Shown: positions 36,501 to 49,659 of the stretch, one piece after another
Layout of the letters: every line of letters starts with the position of its first letter
Numbering within the stretch: position 1 is the first letter of the stretch
Assembly (NCBI GenBank): GCA_030704615.1
Contig: CM060731.1
Location: forward strand, 434,001 to 498,000
DNA: 64,000 nt
From: Takakia lepidozioides
Taxonomy: Eukaryota > Plantae > Bryophyta
Reading direction: 5' to 3'
Made by a program: the position numbers and the translations under genes
The notes under the pieces: generated by a model
What the model was told of the DNA's origin: nothing
What the model saw: the letters and a program-made list of their open reading frames with translations, nothing else
Database searches by the model: none

Positions 36501-39500
36501 ACTTGTTGTAGTTTCATCCAATCTACCTGCAGACTTATCGACAAATGAAACCTTTCTGTCCAAAAACATTAAAGTGGAGATAAGCTGAAAATGGTCGTTC
36601 TGAAGGTCTGAAGTTGATCATAACAGTGTTGAACCTATCCAAGCTGTGAAGAAATGAATTCATACTGTGTTGCTCTGAAGGAATTTACATCCTTATCTTG
36701 CAGGCAACAATGAATTTCAACTTCCAGGGTACTATATCATCCTGCTTCGAGCCCCACTTGTTGATCTATGTCGAGCTTGAAGAAAAGACACTGATGGAGG
36801 CCCTGGACAAGCTCATTATGGTATGCTCCGCCCTCTGCCTCCTGTCCTTTGTTTTTTAATTAGACCGTTATTAAATAGACGATCTCTTTCTTTTACCTAG
36901 GGGATGAAAGAAGCAATGGAGTTTTTCCCTAGGCTTCGCAGCAGCACCTTAAGATGCCATGAGATGGTAGGGAATCTCTGAATTTACCTGAAAGGGGTGG
37001 CCAATTACAGATAGATGCCTTACGCCTCGCCGCAGTATACCACCTTGCATTTTGCTGGTTTGGAACCCCAGTAGTTGGCAGAGTAAAGGTCTTGGTAGTC
37101 GGTCCATGGTGAAGTATACTTAGGCTTAATGTAATGTGTTCCGTTATTAAGAGTTGGAAGTTTATGACTATGTCGTTGGATTTTGAACAGGAGGAGACGT
37201 GGGATTGTGAAGAAGGCAGCCAGACAAATGTCCTCTCAAGCAGCACTCAGGTGTGTGTGTGTGTCTCTCTCTCTCTCAGTCCTGGGTCCCTTTTGTTCTG
37301 CCCAAACTGGGCATGGGGTCTATGGCCACAAAGCTACGGCAAACAATGTCTTATGAGTACATTCTCTCAACCCTGGTAGGCGCAAACCCCACAAAAGGCT
37401 CCAGCATTCTCTCTTCCCCGGTGGTTGGTTAGATTCCCGCAGGGTCGATGGCCTTAAGGTTTTGGCAAGCCAAAGTCCACAGGGAACGGCATGAGTAGAT
37501 TGTGCGCCGGGTCCATGGCCACAAGGCTATGGCAGAGAACATCTTATGAGTACATTTTCTCTTAATATTTGCTTACCTACATCAAAAGAGAGGGAAATGT
37601 AGTGAACTTACTATTTGCAGATCTTTTGGCTTGACACGTGAGTCTTAATAAGTTGCAGTGTTAAATCCAAGCAGGTTTTCTTGATTATAAAGAGGAGCTT
37701 AAAGCGTTGCAGTGCCCTGACTCGCAATCAGACCCTCTTCAACTTATATAAGGTATTATCCCAGCTGCTTTTCATTCTTTATGAGACATGATAATTATTG
37801 ATCACTTGTCCAACCTAAATTCACCTATGTAAGGTTTTGAAATGTCATCTTTATCAGTGAACTGCAGCAGACCAATCTTTGGCTGTACTTACAATCTCCA
37901 TGTGGTGAGGCAGGTTTTCCAGAGAGTACTTAGAGCATATGCAGGAAGGCTTGTCACTCGGCTGCCCAGAGGACAGCCTGGCCTTGTGACTGGCATGGAG
38001 GGGCAACTCAAGGTTTGGACATTTAATTATGCTCTCTTTCTCTATCATAGGCCCTTCAGGCCTTTTTCTTGAACTTATTTTTCTTTCGGCATTGTTATTA
38101 TGGCTCTGGTTTTGTTTCCTCTCTCATGTTTTTTGTTTTCCATTTTGGCCCATAAGCTCTTTGAGCTTTCCGCGGACGTCATAAAGTACCATTCATTTCA
38201 TTTCCTTTCTCTCCCCTCTGTGGGCATAAACTGTCAGTGAGTACAAAATATCATCTATAATGCTACTCGTATGCTTGTCCCCAAGGGACAGGTGTCTCTA
38301 GTCTACTTCTAAGACATGAATACCTTTTGTTTGTTTGGGCGGGGATGACCTGCAGGTTTCAGACAAAGATGAGAGGGTGATCTGCTACATTGTAAATACA
38401 GCTGAATACTGCCATGAGACGGTGATTCCTTACTATATTCTACCTGATCTCCAAAAAGTTTCACAGGCCTATGAGATGTAGTCTGAAGAATATGAAGCTT
38501 TCTACATAATTGTAATATAATGTACTCGTATTCTGTAGCCTTTTGTGGCCATAGACCCCATAATTGCAATATAAATAACGATGAGAGCGGGGAGGAGTTC
38601 TGCCCAAGTAAAACTACAAGAGAGAGGGAGAGGTATCTGACCGTTCTGCCAATAGACTCCGTACCTGGTTTGGACAAAGCACAGAGAGAGAGAAAAAAAT
38701 GTACTCATAAAACGTTGATTGCCCCCAGAATGTACTCATAAGACGTTGTTTGCCGTAGCCTTGTGGCCATTGACCCCGCGCCCAGTTTGAGCGGAAACCA
38801 AAGGGACAGAACCTACCTCTGTCAGGGGCTGACATTGGTAGTAAGACTTACCTTTATAAATAGAATTAATTCGGGTTTTCCAGATATCCTCTAGAAATCC
38901 CTTCACACAAGCATCAATCTGCTGTGTGTGATTTGCCCAAAAACTAGGCCTCAGAAGGGCCTGGGCTTTTGGCTCAGCCTCGAGACTTTCAAAGTTGGTA
39001 AGCAGAGGTACAGGCACAATTCTCTTGATAGATTGGAGGAGAGCTTCTCTCTGGTGAGAGTACCCCGGACAGTGAATCAGAAAATGAATATTGTCTTCGG
39101 GTTGCCCACACAACGGGCAATTGCACTCTCCCTTTCCTCTCTGCTTCTGTTTACTGTTCAAATGTAGGCTTCCTGCCCTGAGTTTAAATTTCAGTCTGGT
39201 GCCGAGAGTGGGTAGACCCTTGAGGTCATCCATGATATCCTCCCCCAAGTCACAGACTGGAAACAGGTTCAGGGAAGTTTTCTGCCTAACTTCATTTGCA
39301 TCAGACAATTTGCTGGTAACAGACATGGCTTTGGACACTACAGTCTCTAAGTCAGATTTATCCAGCAAGGTCAAGACTTGCGGGTCCAGATTCAGATCCT
39401 TGAGAATCTCTTCTACTCTCTTCTGCCAGGACTTAGCCTGTTTGACAGGGCGGTCCTGTTTCCAAGATATAGAGTCGATTAACTTAGGGTATCTGGTGTT

Positions 39501-42500
39501 GGACATGTGTTGCAACTGACCCCACCATCTGACCTTGAATTCATCTCGTTGGGAGCTTAAGGAAGGGATGCCAAACTCACCCCGAACAGCCACATTGGCT
39601 GTTTTGGAGCTGCTGACATGCACTCCTTAAGCACCCCCACTTGAATGGATTCTAGAGACTTAGCCTGGTTGTGGAGTTATCAACCCATATAGCAGATCCG
39701 TACTCCAAGGCAGGTCTAATAACGCGGCAAAGCAAGGTTTTCCTGACCTCAGAGTTAATCCCTCTGCAGTGAAAAAATTTAGTGAGATACAACGCTTTGC
39801 CCTTGCCAGTTTGAACAACTTTCTGGATGTGTGCATCCCAGTTACAGTTGGAGGAAAACTCAACGCCCAGGTATGTGATTGCCCCCAGAGAGGGAGAGAG
39901 AGAGAGAGAATGTCAGAAAGAAGTTCATGACAGTCATAGGGTGCCCAGAGGGCCCATCAGACCTGTTCCAGCTCGGCTAGGTGTGTCCTTTGTCCTCTTC
40001 CCAAGCCAGGGTTGGGTTTGTGTATTATGGTTTTAGTTTATGACAGAGTTTGGACTTGGGTGTTTTCCCGGTCAGAAAAAGGAGGTGCAGACTGCAGACA
40101 TATGAGATGTGCCAGTCCAATTTGTAGTATCACTCCTCAGTGCTTGTCTCCGTTTGCAGGCAGCCAATTTGGGAGAAAACATTTCAAAGTTTATTGATGT
40201 CCAATTTTCAGAAACTATTGACATGTCTGAAGAACAGGTACTGGTTCCCCTAGCACTGTCACTTTCAGCAATTTCTGCTCAGTGCAGTAGAGACCACTGT
40301 AGTCAGACTAGTTTAGCTACTTCCTATGTTTCACTTTCTCTTTAGCTTTGCAAAATTGGCTAGGTGTGCTTGCAATTGCAGGAACTGATCTTGACACCTC
40401 TTTCTTGTCATATTGCTGCAGGACGAGTTTTCAGGGGTGATCACTAAGGCATTGTCGACATTAGTGCTTGGCTTGGAGACACGGCTCGAGGTGGAGCTTG
40501 CAAACATGGCTCGCCTTCCGTGGGGCACTCTTGAAGGTGTTGGAGACCAATCTGAGTACTCCCTGACTTCCTTTTCTTTGCAAAACATTGTGGTCAGTGA
40601 TCAAATTGGACCCGATTCTTTAGGCAACTGCTTTTGGAGTGGTAACCTCCGTTGTACACTGGTCTGCTGGATCACTGGATGTCACATAGAAGCTGGTGAT
40701 CCCAATGTGTTCATCAATCCAAGTCAGTCTGTGCCATATAGGTTTTGTAGCTGATCACTGTGGAGAGTGGAACATACAAATACCACTTGGAGTAACCTAA
40801 GTGGCAGTTTCTGTGTGGAAGTAGCACTTCCTCCAGAATGTGTCCATAGTGTTACCTATAAATTATTTCATTGGGGATGTAGTGTACTTGGGGGTAGAAT
40901 CAGAACTTACACAGATCACTGTATCAATTTGATGGTCAACTTCCATTACCCTTCAAGGAATGTGGATATCTAAGTAATGAGTACAAAAAAAAAGTATGAG
41001 GTGGTTAGACAGTGTGTGCAGAGGTGATGAAGCAGATGCCAGAACAGGCTCCTGTTGCTAACATGTCTAGAGTGTCTTGAATTTTTCATACTCTGCATCT
41101 GTCCAACATGACAGAGATGCCTTGGTACATTTTGCAAAACAGTCTTATGGGAACTGAATTGTCAGCAGGGAGTATGTTTACAATGTCTGAGAGGCACAGA
41201 ACACAATTTACTTATCTGGGGAGTATGAGTCGCGTCTAGCCTTGATATAGCCATTTTTACTCCAAATCTGAAGACCAAACTGGATATCTGTGGTGGGTAC
41301 AGCTATGTCAATGGCATCAGCACTATTCTGTCTACCAGTGTACCTGTCATCGCCAGCCTTCTCTCACCTCTTTACTTTCAATTCTTCATGGACAAGGTAC
41401 AGTTTACTTATTAATTTCATTGATCTTGGGCTTCTGTCAAGCAGTTTGGACATGATATTGGAGAGTCTTTTACATGTGAACCTCACTTGTTTTTGTATGG
41501 TGGGTGCAGCTGGCAGCATCATTTGCTCCGCGATTCCACTCCAACATCTTCAGATGCAAGCGTATTTCAGAGACTGGCGCACAGCAGGTCCTGCCTCTCA
41601 TTTCTAAGAATTGTCTAAGTCATGGTCTCCACCTTGACTCCTGTTATTTTGGTGTTTGTTTGAGCACCTTCCTTGAAAATTGTCACCCTTTTACTCACCT
41701 GACCTGTATTCAAGGAGCTGCGTTCTGTGAAAAGGTGATGGATTGAAAATGCACATGTAATTGAGTGTTTTTGTTCGCTTGATATTACACAGATGTTGTT
41801 GGATACACACGCTGTCAAAACCCTGTTGCTGGAGGTTCCCTCATTGGGAGGACAGGTATGACGGTTGCTTGACCCAGTTTTTGATGTTGAGAAGAAAATG
41901 ATACATTCCAAGAGAGAAGCTCAAATAGCCTGTGGATCAAGCCTCTGTATGCTGTAGAATTTCTGAGAAGCAAATCATCGTGTACCTCTCCCACCAAAGT
42001 CTACCGTCAGTCATACAGTCCTGACAATAGGAGTCCTTCATCCAAGTGTGGTGGAAAATTCCTCGATGTCAACCTCAGCACTTATTGGCAGTGATGCTAT
42101 CTAATGAGCCTTGGAGAACCTAATAAGTAGAGTTCAGGGGATAAAGCCTTGATGTAAAAACACCTATCTAAAGGTGGTAGTCCTCGTAAGTTTCCCCCTT
42201 GACTGCTGGCCGTTGAATCAACTGACTCTGCTTCAATCCAGCAGCAAAATCGTGGAAACTGCTTGCCTCCCTGATGTGGTGCTATGTCAGCAGAGTTTTG
42301 CATACAATAAACAAACAGTTTATCACCTCCAATTCTCCCTAAAGTATTAGACGTTGTAAAGATGTGTACCAATCAAAGAATCTCAAAGTGTTATAGTCTA
42401 GTTTGATACTGTGGATTCTTCTTATGGTGGGTTTTTGGCGGTATTTGTTACATCTGCAGTCTACAACACCGGCAAGCTATACCAAATACGTGGCCCGTGA

Positions 42501-44721
42501 AATGACGAAGGCGGAGCATCTTTTGAAGGTGGACATGCTGCCTCTCTCTGGTTGTCTTTCTGTGTCCTATGGAACCTCTGGCCTCTCTCCTCATTCAAAT
42601 GCTCCTTTCTTTCGCAGACGTTATGCATTTGAATGTGGCCATATCATTTCATTTCTTTGTCAATTTTGCTTTAAGAGGACTAGGGTGAGACGCACAAGGC
42701 AGTAAAAGTGGTTGAAGACCCTCAAAAGGACCCCAGCCGGAGCTCCCAGAAAGAATGAGGCCCAAGCTTCAGAATTCACTTGAAGCACAAGCCACATCCA
42801 CCAAGGCATAGATTGGTGGATCTGACTCCTCCATGAGCAGAGTGCTGACCCAGCCAGGCCACCGAAAAAAAATGTGAACATGTTGCTGAAGCAAGCGTAA
42901 CTTATGGTGTCACTTGACCCTGAAGGGCTACGGCCTTCCGGTGCGAAGGTGTCCACTTGGACACCTTTATGACATCCAACATGTGGTTTGAACCCACAAG
43001 CACCAGTGAGGCAGCTTGTGCCCTTACCACTGGGGCTATATGTTGGTTTTCCAGGCCACTGAATATAGCTTTGAACTCAACAGAGTACCTGCGATAGAAT
43101 CCTTTACCTTCACTGGCATCAGGAGCCTCTCTGATCTCTAACTTTTACTTTGGGTTTCAGCAGTTTCCAGGCTACAAGCCCTCCTGGAGACTTTGTGCCG
43201 GGTCTCTGCCTCTCTCTCTTTCTCTCTCTTTACCTTGTGGGATCAATGTTTCTTCGTCTACATGTGCATTGCTGCAATGTTATATTTATTCTAACGCTCC
43301 AAAGTTCTCTTTAGTTTCTCAGCATGTTCTAGAAACTATTATTAATTTATAATACCGAAGACCACTTGTACAACTTTGACATATAGGATTGTCGTTGAGC
43401 ACTGCCTCCACTTTGCAGCCTAGTGTGAGGAACAAACACCTAATAAGAAGGAAGTATCAGTGTCCAAAGTAAAAACAGGTTCATTTAGGTGGAACTGGAA
43501 CGACAACTTCAGGATAAGATCGAACGGTTCACCTCAAGTATTTTCTGTTTGTCTGCTTTCTGCCTTATTGTAGTTAGTTGCAGAAGCCAAGCAATGGTCG
43601 TTGACCACATGTCTCAGGGGGGTACTGAGGATTGTGTGAAAGGCTCGTCATATATTTCCTGATTTGGGCAGGTCATCCTGTCACCCATGGAAGCTATAGC
43701 CGACACATATCGAGCCCTGCTACCTGAGGGATCTACTACTGATTTTCAACGTATTCTTGACCTCAAGGTTAGCTCATGCTCAACTCCTAGATTTCTATAT
43801 ACCAGAGTGATGATCTACTTGGCATAGAGATACTTCAAATGAAAAGGGGCCGCGTGGGAAGGGACCTCTAAAAGTCCACCTCCAAACACTTGAAATGTAG
43901 CTTGGGGATGAAGTTAGCAAGAAGCATAGTCACTATCATAGGATTCTCATGCTTAGCCGTACCTGAGTGAGATTATGAGATCAGAAAGAATGGGTCTTCA
44001 AATCTCACCTGGCATTGTGCTATAAGAGGTATCTTGTGTTATCAGTTTTTCAGTTGCTAAGCCTTATGCCTCGCATCACAATTTACTGAGGCATGAACAC
44101 ATTTTGTGAGGCTTTCAATTTGCCTTGACCCCAGTTAATGAGCATATGTTAGTGCCCCTCTTGCCCCTACATAAATATAAATGTCCCAACACCAATTCTA
44201 TGAAAAGGCCAGTTCGAAATTCTAGTATTCTGTATTCATTGCCAGAACTCACCTTGAAAATATGGTGCTCACCAGATCCCACCATTTCTCATTGTAAACT
44301 GAGTGGCTTCTTAATGCAGGGTTTTAAACGCACCGAACAGCAGCCTTTGCTGGATCGTCTCAGCAATCGTAGTTCTGGGGGGCTCCCGACAACACCATCA
44401 GCAAGCCATGGACCACTCACAACAGCATCTCCATCTATGCAGCTATCAACCTCCTTTACCCAGCCAAGCAGAGAGGCTATGATGGCCCGGGCAGCTGCGC
44501 TTGGAAGGGGTGCGATGGCCCAATCAGCAGCTGCAGCTGCTGCTGCATCCAGCACAGGCCTGAAACGTCTTTTTGCGTTGGCTGAACAAGCCAAAGAAGG
44601 AGCTGCCAAGAAGGAGGGTACTTTCCGGAAGCTTTCAACTCATGGTTCTTCCTTGTATGGAGATGGGTGTAAGTTGGTCTTTGCAGACAAAATGGGGTTG
44701 CATAGTCCAGGTTCCTGGTAA
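30517..44721 (+). CDS. VPS53: Vacuolar protein sorting 53 (GARP/EARP subunit), many exons
   Basis: [116 protein letters not shown]. The exact C-terminus is uncertain. Confidence 0.93.
33625..34195 (+). mobile_element. Old 5'-truncated LINE fragment in a VPS53 intron
   Basis: Diverged copy of the 3' part of the 55959..60446 element, ending ATGGCCACAAGGCTA…TTATGAGTACA. Confidence 0.75.
38730..39875 (-). mobile_element. 5'-truncated LINE with a 14-bp target-site duplication, in a VPS53 intron
   Basis: TSD TGATTGCCCCCAGA at 38716-38729 and 39876-39889. ORF 38736..39623 contains CPLCGQPEDNIHFLIHC. Near-identical to 55959-57090. Confidence 0.9.
42867..43050 (-). mobile_element. tRNA-derived SINE with a T-rich tail, in a VPS53 intron
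   Basis: Head CCAACA…TAGCCCCAGTGGTAAGGGC (A box/D arm)…GTGGGTTCAAACC (B box)…TGTTGG. TSD CCAGGCCAC(C/T)GAA at 42854-42866 and 43051-43063. Confidence 0.7.
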
Positions 44722-45592
44722 CTAACGTTGATGTGGTTGAGAAACTGTCTGTGGGAAGTTCTTCTTGCAGCATTTTTCCCTGAATCCTGAGAGGAGATTT
44801 GACTTTATGTACGCATCCTAACGTACCAGTTTCACTGTCAAAGTTAAACCAGGGGTATAATGTGAAAAGTAATTCAGTTTTTTCTCTAAAAAAGTGACCA
44901 GTGGTTGGACTAAATCGGGCGGATGTACATGCAGGTGGACACATACATCCTTGGTTCTCAAATTTCAAGCACAGATAATTCAATATTGGTGCTGCACCTT
45001 CACAGTGAAAGGAGTACCAGATCTTCTTCCGCGTTATCATCAAGTGCATACCTTGGATGAAGTCCATTGATATGTAGTCACCATTTTGCACATGAGAGAT
45101 TCCACTCCTACTGCATTTCTAGCTGGACGTCAAAATAGTCAATCATGCAATCTAAATAGGATCCTTGAAAGTGCCTTGCGGTTTGTGCAAAAACATTCAC
45201 CCCACTGGCTATTTCAGGCTTTTGTCTGGTTGCAACTGGCTGGTGCAGTACACATCAATAGCTGCAATAAGGCAGTACACAATGCGTTATTAGCTGAACA
45301 AATTGTTATTTATTCCATCCTTCCTGGAATTCATATTGACGCTAGTCAGTGGAAACTTGCGGATTTATTCAGAGATATCTTTGGTGGTATGTGTGGTGTA
45401 CACTACTTTTTTGTTTCCTCCTGTTATGGAGGGTGTAGTGCAGTCTCAGACTATCCGAGGGAATGTACCACCGGTTAGACAAGTCACAGCCCAGCTCATC
45501 GAAAAGAATGGTGTGGTTGATTTTGCGTGATGGCCACGGATTACCACTCATGAGGATTGCAAAAGCCAATGGTAAAAACAATAGGGGTGAAG

Positions 45593-45700
45593 TGGTGTAG
45601 CATCAGGGCTTCCCAGGAGCCAGTACTGTTCTGTGCCAACCAGACTTCATTTCAGAGATCTGAAGGGATCTGATGTGGCAGCCTTGGTATGATCACAACA
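45593..45700 (-). pseudogene. Degenerate 5S rRNA copy
   Basis: The minus strand reads GATCATACCAAGGCTGCCACATCAGATCCCTTCAGATCTCTGAAATGAAG…AGTACTGG[~10 nt missing]CTCCTGGGAAGCCCTGATGCTACACCA, colinear with bryophyte-type 5S rRNA. The C-box region is deleted. Confidence 0.75.
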
Positions 45701-45799
45701 CACCCACCATGTCACTAGCCATCTTATTATTCTCATTTTCTTTGCATATGGGACCTCGATAGCTTTGATGCGCACAATCCATGGAACACACTATGTTCT

Positions 45800-45980
45800 C
45801 TACAATCTGATCCATCCCGGAGCACAGATTGATGCAGACATTGGTGGATAATGTCTTCAACTCTTGTGACAGGGAATGCTTCAATAGTTTCTGCTGTCCA
45901 CCTACCAGAGATGGCTTTCTTTGCAGAGTTTGTCCCTGCCATATGCAGCACAAAGGGGAACATGAAGAAAACCCCCTTCC
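45800..45980. repeat. Dispersed repeat fragment (second copy ~50040-50260, weaker relative ~22615-22680)
   Basis: Shared TCTTGTGACAGGGAATGCTTCA…TACCAGAGATGGCTTTCTTTGCAGAGTTTGTCCCTGCCAT…GAACATGAAGAAAACCCC. Confidence 0.7.
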
Positions 45981-48162
45981 ATGAGTGTCATGCTACCTAC
46001 TAGGGTAGCCTGTGGCGTTGGCCCAAGTGTACAGTGTCATCTAAGTCCAAGTGCAATCCCCCCATGTATCCAAGTGCGTCTCCTATGTCGAGGCCCATGT
46101 TTGAAGATTTTCTTTTTCTTTCTTTTTTTGAAAGAAAGAGGGACAGTGGCCTCCATTAATTTTATATCAATTGGACATAAATGTTCCGAGGAATACATAT
46201 AAAAGGGTCGGTGGAAAAAAATACCACCATACAGGCCGTGAAGGCTTACTGCGGGGAAGTTGGATGTTTGTTTAGTTACAAAGAATGTGTGATACATGAA
46301 TTTAAAGAATATTGTAAACATGAACAAAATGAGCAACAATGTAATGTGATTCAGCTTGGAATTTGGTGAAAGAGTTAGAAGTTTATATTAATACTTTGTA
46401 TATACAATCATATATTTTAAAAAATCAATATATTTTTTCCCATGAATTTATTGACTAGTAATATATCCAATCATTGTTCCAGGGAAGCTCAGTTTCACGG
46501 ATTTGCAAGGACCAAAAGTACTTGAAATTCCATATCTCCCACACCGCATGTCCAAAAATCATGAGACCAAGCCGGTGTACGTCCTCATCGACTCGGCTTT
46601 TTTTTTTAGCTTGCACGGCGTGGGGGCAAACTTTTGCTCATCTGTCAAGTCTATTCCAAATGTATAACCGAGCAGGGTGGTAGTCTCCCCTTTACCCTCA
46701 TTTGCAGAGTTGAGCCTGGGAATTTTGAAGTAAGGCTGCAAAGGAGAGATAGGACTAGAAAAAATTGGAGGAGTGGGTACCCTTGGTGGAGCAGTATTGG
46801 AGAAGTCCCTGGAATGTGCCTGGTGGGCTTGAAAAAACCCCGTCCCTGTGAAAGGCTGGGTCCTCCTCTGCTGCGCACCACCATTTGGGTGTCTGTGTTC
46901 CAGAGATTCTTTGTGGTGGGACTTGAAGAAACTAAGAGCCATTTTAGGTGTGAAGGTTAACAAAGAAGAGAACTAATACTGAACTGACACCACTATCCGT
47001 GACTTACTCAAAACAGGTCTAAACTAAGAAAGAGAACTGATACCCCAACTCTTAACTTACCCAGAACTAGTTTTAACGAAAGGAGGTGAGGGGCGAAGTG
47101 GCAGGTAGCGAGCAACTAATCAGCACGATAAACCCTATTATTAGTGACTAAGCAGAAGAAAGAAGCGGTGGAAGGACACAGAGTCGAAAACGCGAGACAG
47201 AAAGCGAAGGTGCAAGAAGAATCGGGAGGCTGACTATATTTCCTGGGGAATTTGCATGGAGACTGTTTGGTTATACTCATGAACTCAGATCAATATGTCA
47301 AGTACATTTCTAGGAAGCAGCTGAGCCAGAGACTGATATGCATGACACCAAATATTTTCATGACAGTAAGGGCTCTTACAGGCTTCCCTGAGACACTGAA
47401 TGTAGGAGTGGTTTCTTTGTGTATTTAGATACCAGCCAACAAGACATCCCAAATTCACATATATCATTTCAAGAGCTTTTAATAATGTAATAAAATGAAT
47501 GTACACGGAGCTTACCCTTTATAAACCCTGAATTTGACCCTGAATAAATGAAGGTATGTTTAACAGAACTATAACCTGGTTTTATCCTTACCCTCAGGGT
47601 AAATTATGGCATTGTCGTGTATTTATATATAACCAGAAAACAAATCATGACCGGACCCGAGGGTATGTTGAAATACAAAAATATCTATTAACTGGGATTG
47701 AATTTCAAGATGCCAAATTACCCGGACCGGAGGATAAGTTAAAATCAATATACCCGCCCAACACTGGTATTAACTGGGGAAGGTACATCAGGAGAAAACA
47801 ATCCATGCATATGGTCTTTCCTTAAAGGAGGAGCCAAAACCAACAAACTACTTGCTTGAGGAAATTGTTGTACTCTTCAGATATAGGAGCAATGTATAGG
47901 AGCAATGTTTGTTAGGGGTGTAGCAGGGTGTGATAGGGTCCGGACAGGGACAGTTAAGGTTTGGGATAGGGACAGGTTTGCGGTCAAAAAGTATTCCATA
48001 ATCCTCATATAAACCTCCATACTCCATACCCACTTGTTCCAGTGTATCAAAGTTCCCTACACACTCTGTGACCTAAAACTAAAAAAAAAGGAAATAATCT
48101 AAAACCTAGAAATAATGACTGGGAAAATAACACCGGTCATATATAAGCCCAAGGTGAGCATA

Positions 48163-48177
48163 GTTTAGGGTTAGGGC
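48163..48177. promoter_or_regulatory. Telo-box-like element upstream of SYF2
   Basis: GTTTAGGGTTAGGGC about 90 bp before the ATG; telo-boxes are common in plant housekeeping promoters. Confidence 0.35.
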
Positions 48178-48266
48178 TGTAAGCAAGCTTGAGGCACAAC
48201 AAGAGGCGAAGACGAGGAGAGGGGTGCAGAGTAGGAGAAAGAGAGAGAGAGAGAGGGGGGGGCACG

Positions 48267-49659
48267 ATGGAGGGGGAGGGGAGGGTGCATCCGGCTTGTA
48301 TTAATGCGAGCAACCCGTTCCACGAGTGCTCGGAGTATTGTTTTCGCAGGATCGCTGATAGCCAGCGCCTCTCTTCTGCTGATGACGCCGGAATAGTTGA
48401 TGTTGCAGGTGTAGTAAGAGAGGAAGAGGGGGACGCAGGGCTGTCAAGTGGAGTTGGGGAACATGAAATTGCTGAGGAGTCGTCGCCTGCAGCAGAAGAC
48501 AAGAGTAGGGCAGCAGATGAGATCACAGGAGCGGAGGAAATGATGGACAGTGAAGCCTACGCCGGCCTCAGTGCCAGGCAAAAAAAAATGTTTGACTTGC
48601 GATTGAAACTGGTGAGGCTCTTCTTCTTCTTAGAAACCAGACCATGATAGCATTTGCTTGCCTGGGTGAATTGTGGTCTACAGCCTCTACTTAGTGCTAG
48701 CTGTCATTGCATGGGCGTCGCGGTACGTGCAGAATGCGGCACGGAAAGCGAATCAAAGCGCCATAGTGGCTGAGAAGAAGCGTGAGGAGACCCCACAAGA
48801 GACTCGTGGTATATCGAAACACAAATGGTTTGAGGAGAAGCAAAAGAAGCTTGGAAAGCAGCTTGAGTCCAATGGCTTGGATATGGCCAAGGCATACATG
48901 CTAGACACCCAAGATGACGCCGAAGCCAAGTACAAAAAGTGGGAAAACAAGCCGACCCCGTTTGGTTGGGACGGTATGTCCGTCTTTTCCTGTCTCCTTC
49001 GTTAACTGTACTCTTAACCGAAAGTATCCCTTGGGATATACATTGGGAGCGAATATAGATTGGTCACTATCCAAAGTCAATCGGTTACGGACCAGCTGTA
49101 TACATCCCGTCAGATTCTAAAGAGATGGACTTGTTGAAAGAGGGTCTGATAGAGTTGTGTTTGTTGCAGTATTCAACCAGCGCTCCTTGTACAATGCCTA
49201 CAAGAAACGAACCAAGAACGTTCCGGTGACCATGGAGGAATATATGAAGGCCAAGGAAGCTGATCCCGATTTTTACCGTGATGGCACCAGTCTTCAATAT
49301 GGCAAGGTACACCCTCGTGGAGTTACTGTGTGGTTCTCAAGAAAGCAGTGAGAGATGCTTTTTATGTAGAGCGAGCTTGTGAATGATGATAGATGGGATT
49401 TTTTACTGTTTCGTTTGTTTGTGTTTGTCAGGCCCCTGACCTTCCGGAAGAGAACATAGATAGGATGGTGAAAGAGCTGGAGGAGCGAGGTCAGAAGCGC
49501 AAGGACTTCAGCCGGCGCCGCAAGTTCCATGATGAAAAGGATATTGATTCCATAAACGATCGGAATGAGCACTTCAATCGCAAGATCGAGCGAGCTTTTG
49601 GGAAGTACACAGTCGAAATTAAAAACAATCTGGAGCGCGGCACAGCCTTACCTGACTGA
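48267..49659 (+). CDS. SYF2: Pre-mRNA splicing factor SYF2; exons 48267-48611, 48733-48973, 49170-49306, 49432-49659
   Basis: N-terminal VHPACINASNPFHECSEYC; FGWDVFNQRSLYNAYKKR; C-terminal IDSINDRNEHFNRKIERAFGKYTVEIKNNLERGTALPD; GT-AG junctions in phase. Confidence 0.95.

Noticed and set aside
42975-43047. Functional tRNA gene
   Set aside because: The anticodon arm does not pair, the T arm is short by one base, and it sits inside a TSD-flanked element.
46480-47850. ORFs and repeat-like sequence between VPS53 and SYF2
   Set aside because: Probably TE debris, but no recognisable domain, TIR pair or TSD could be established.
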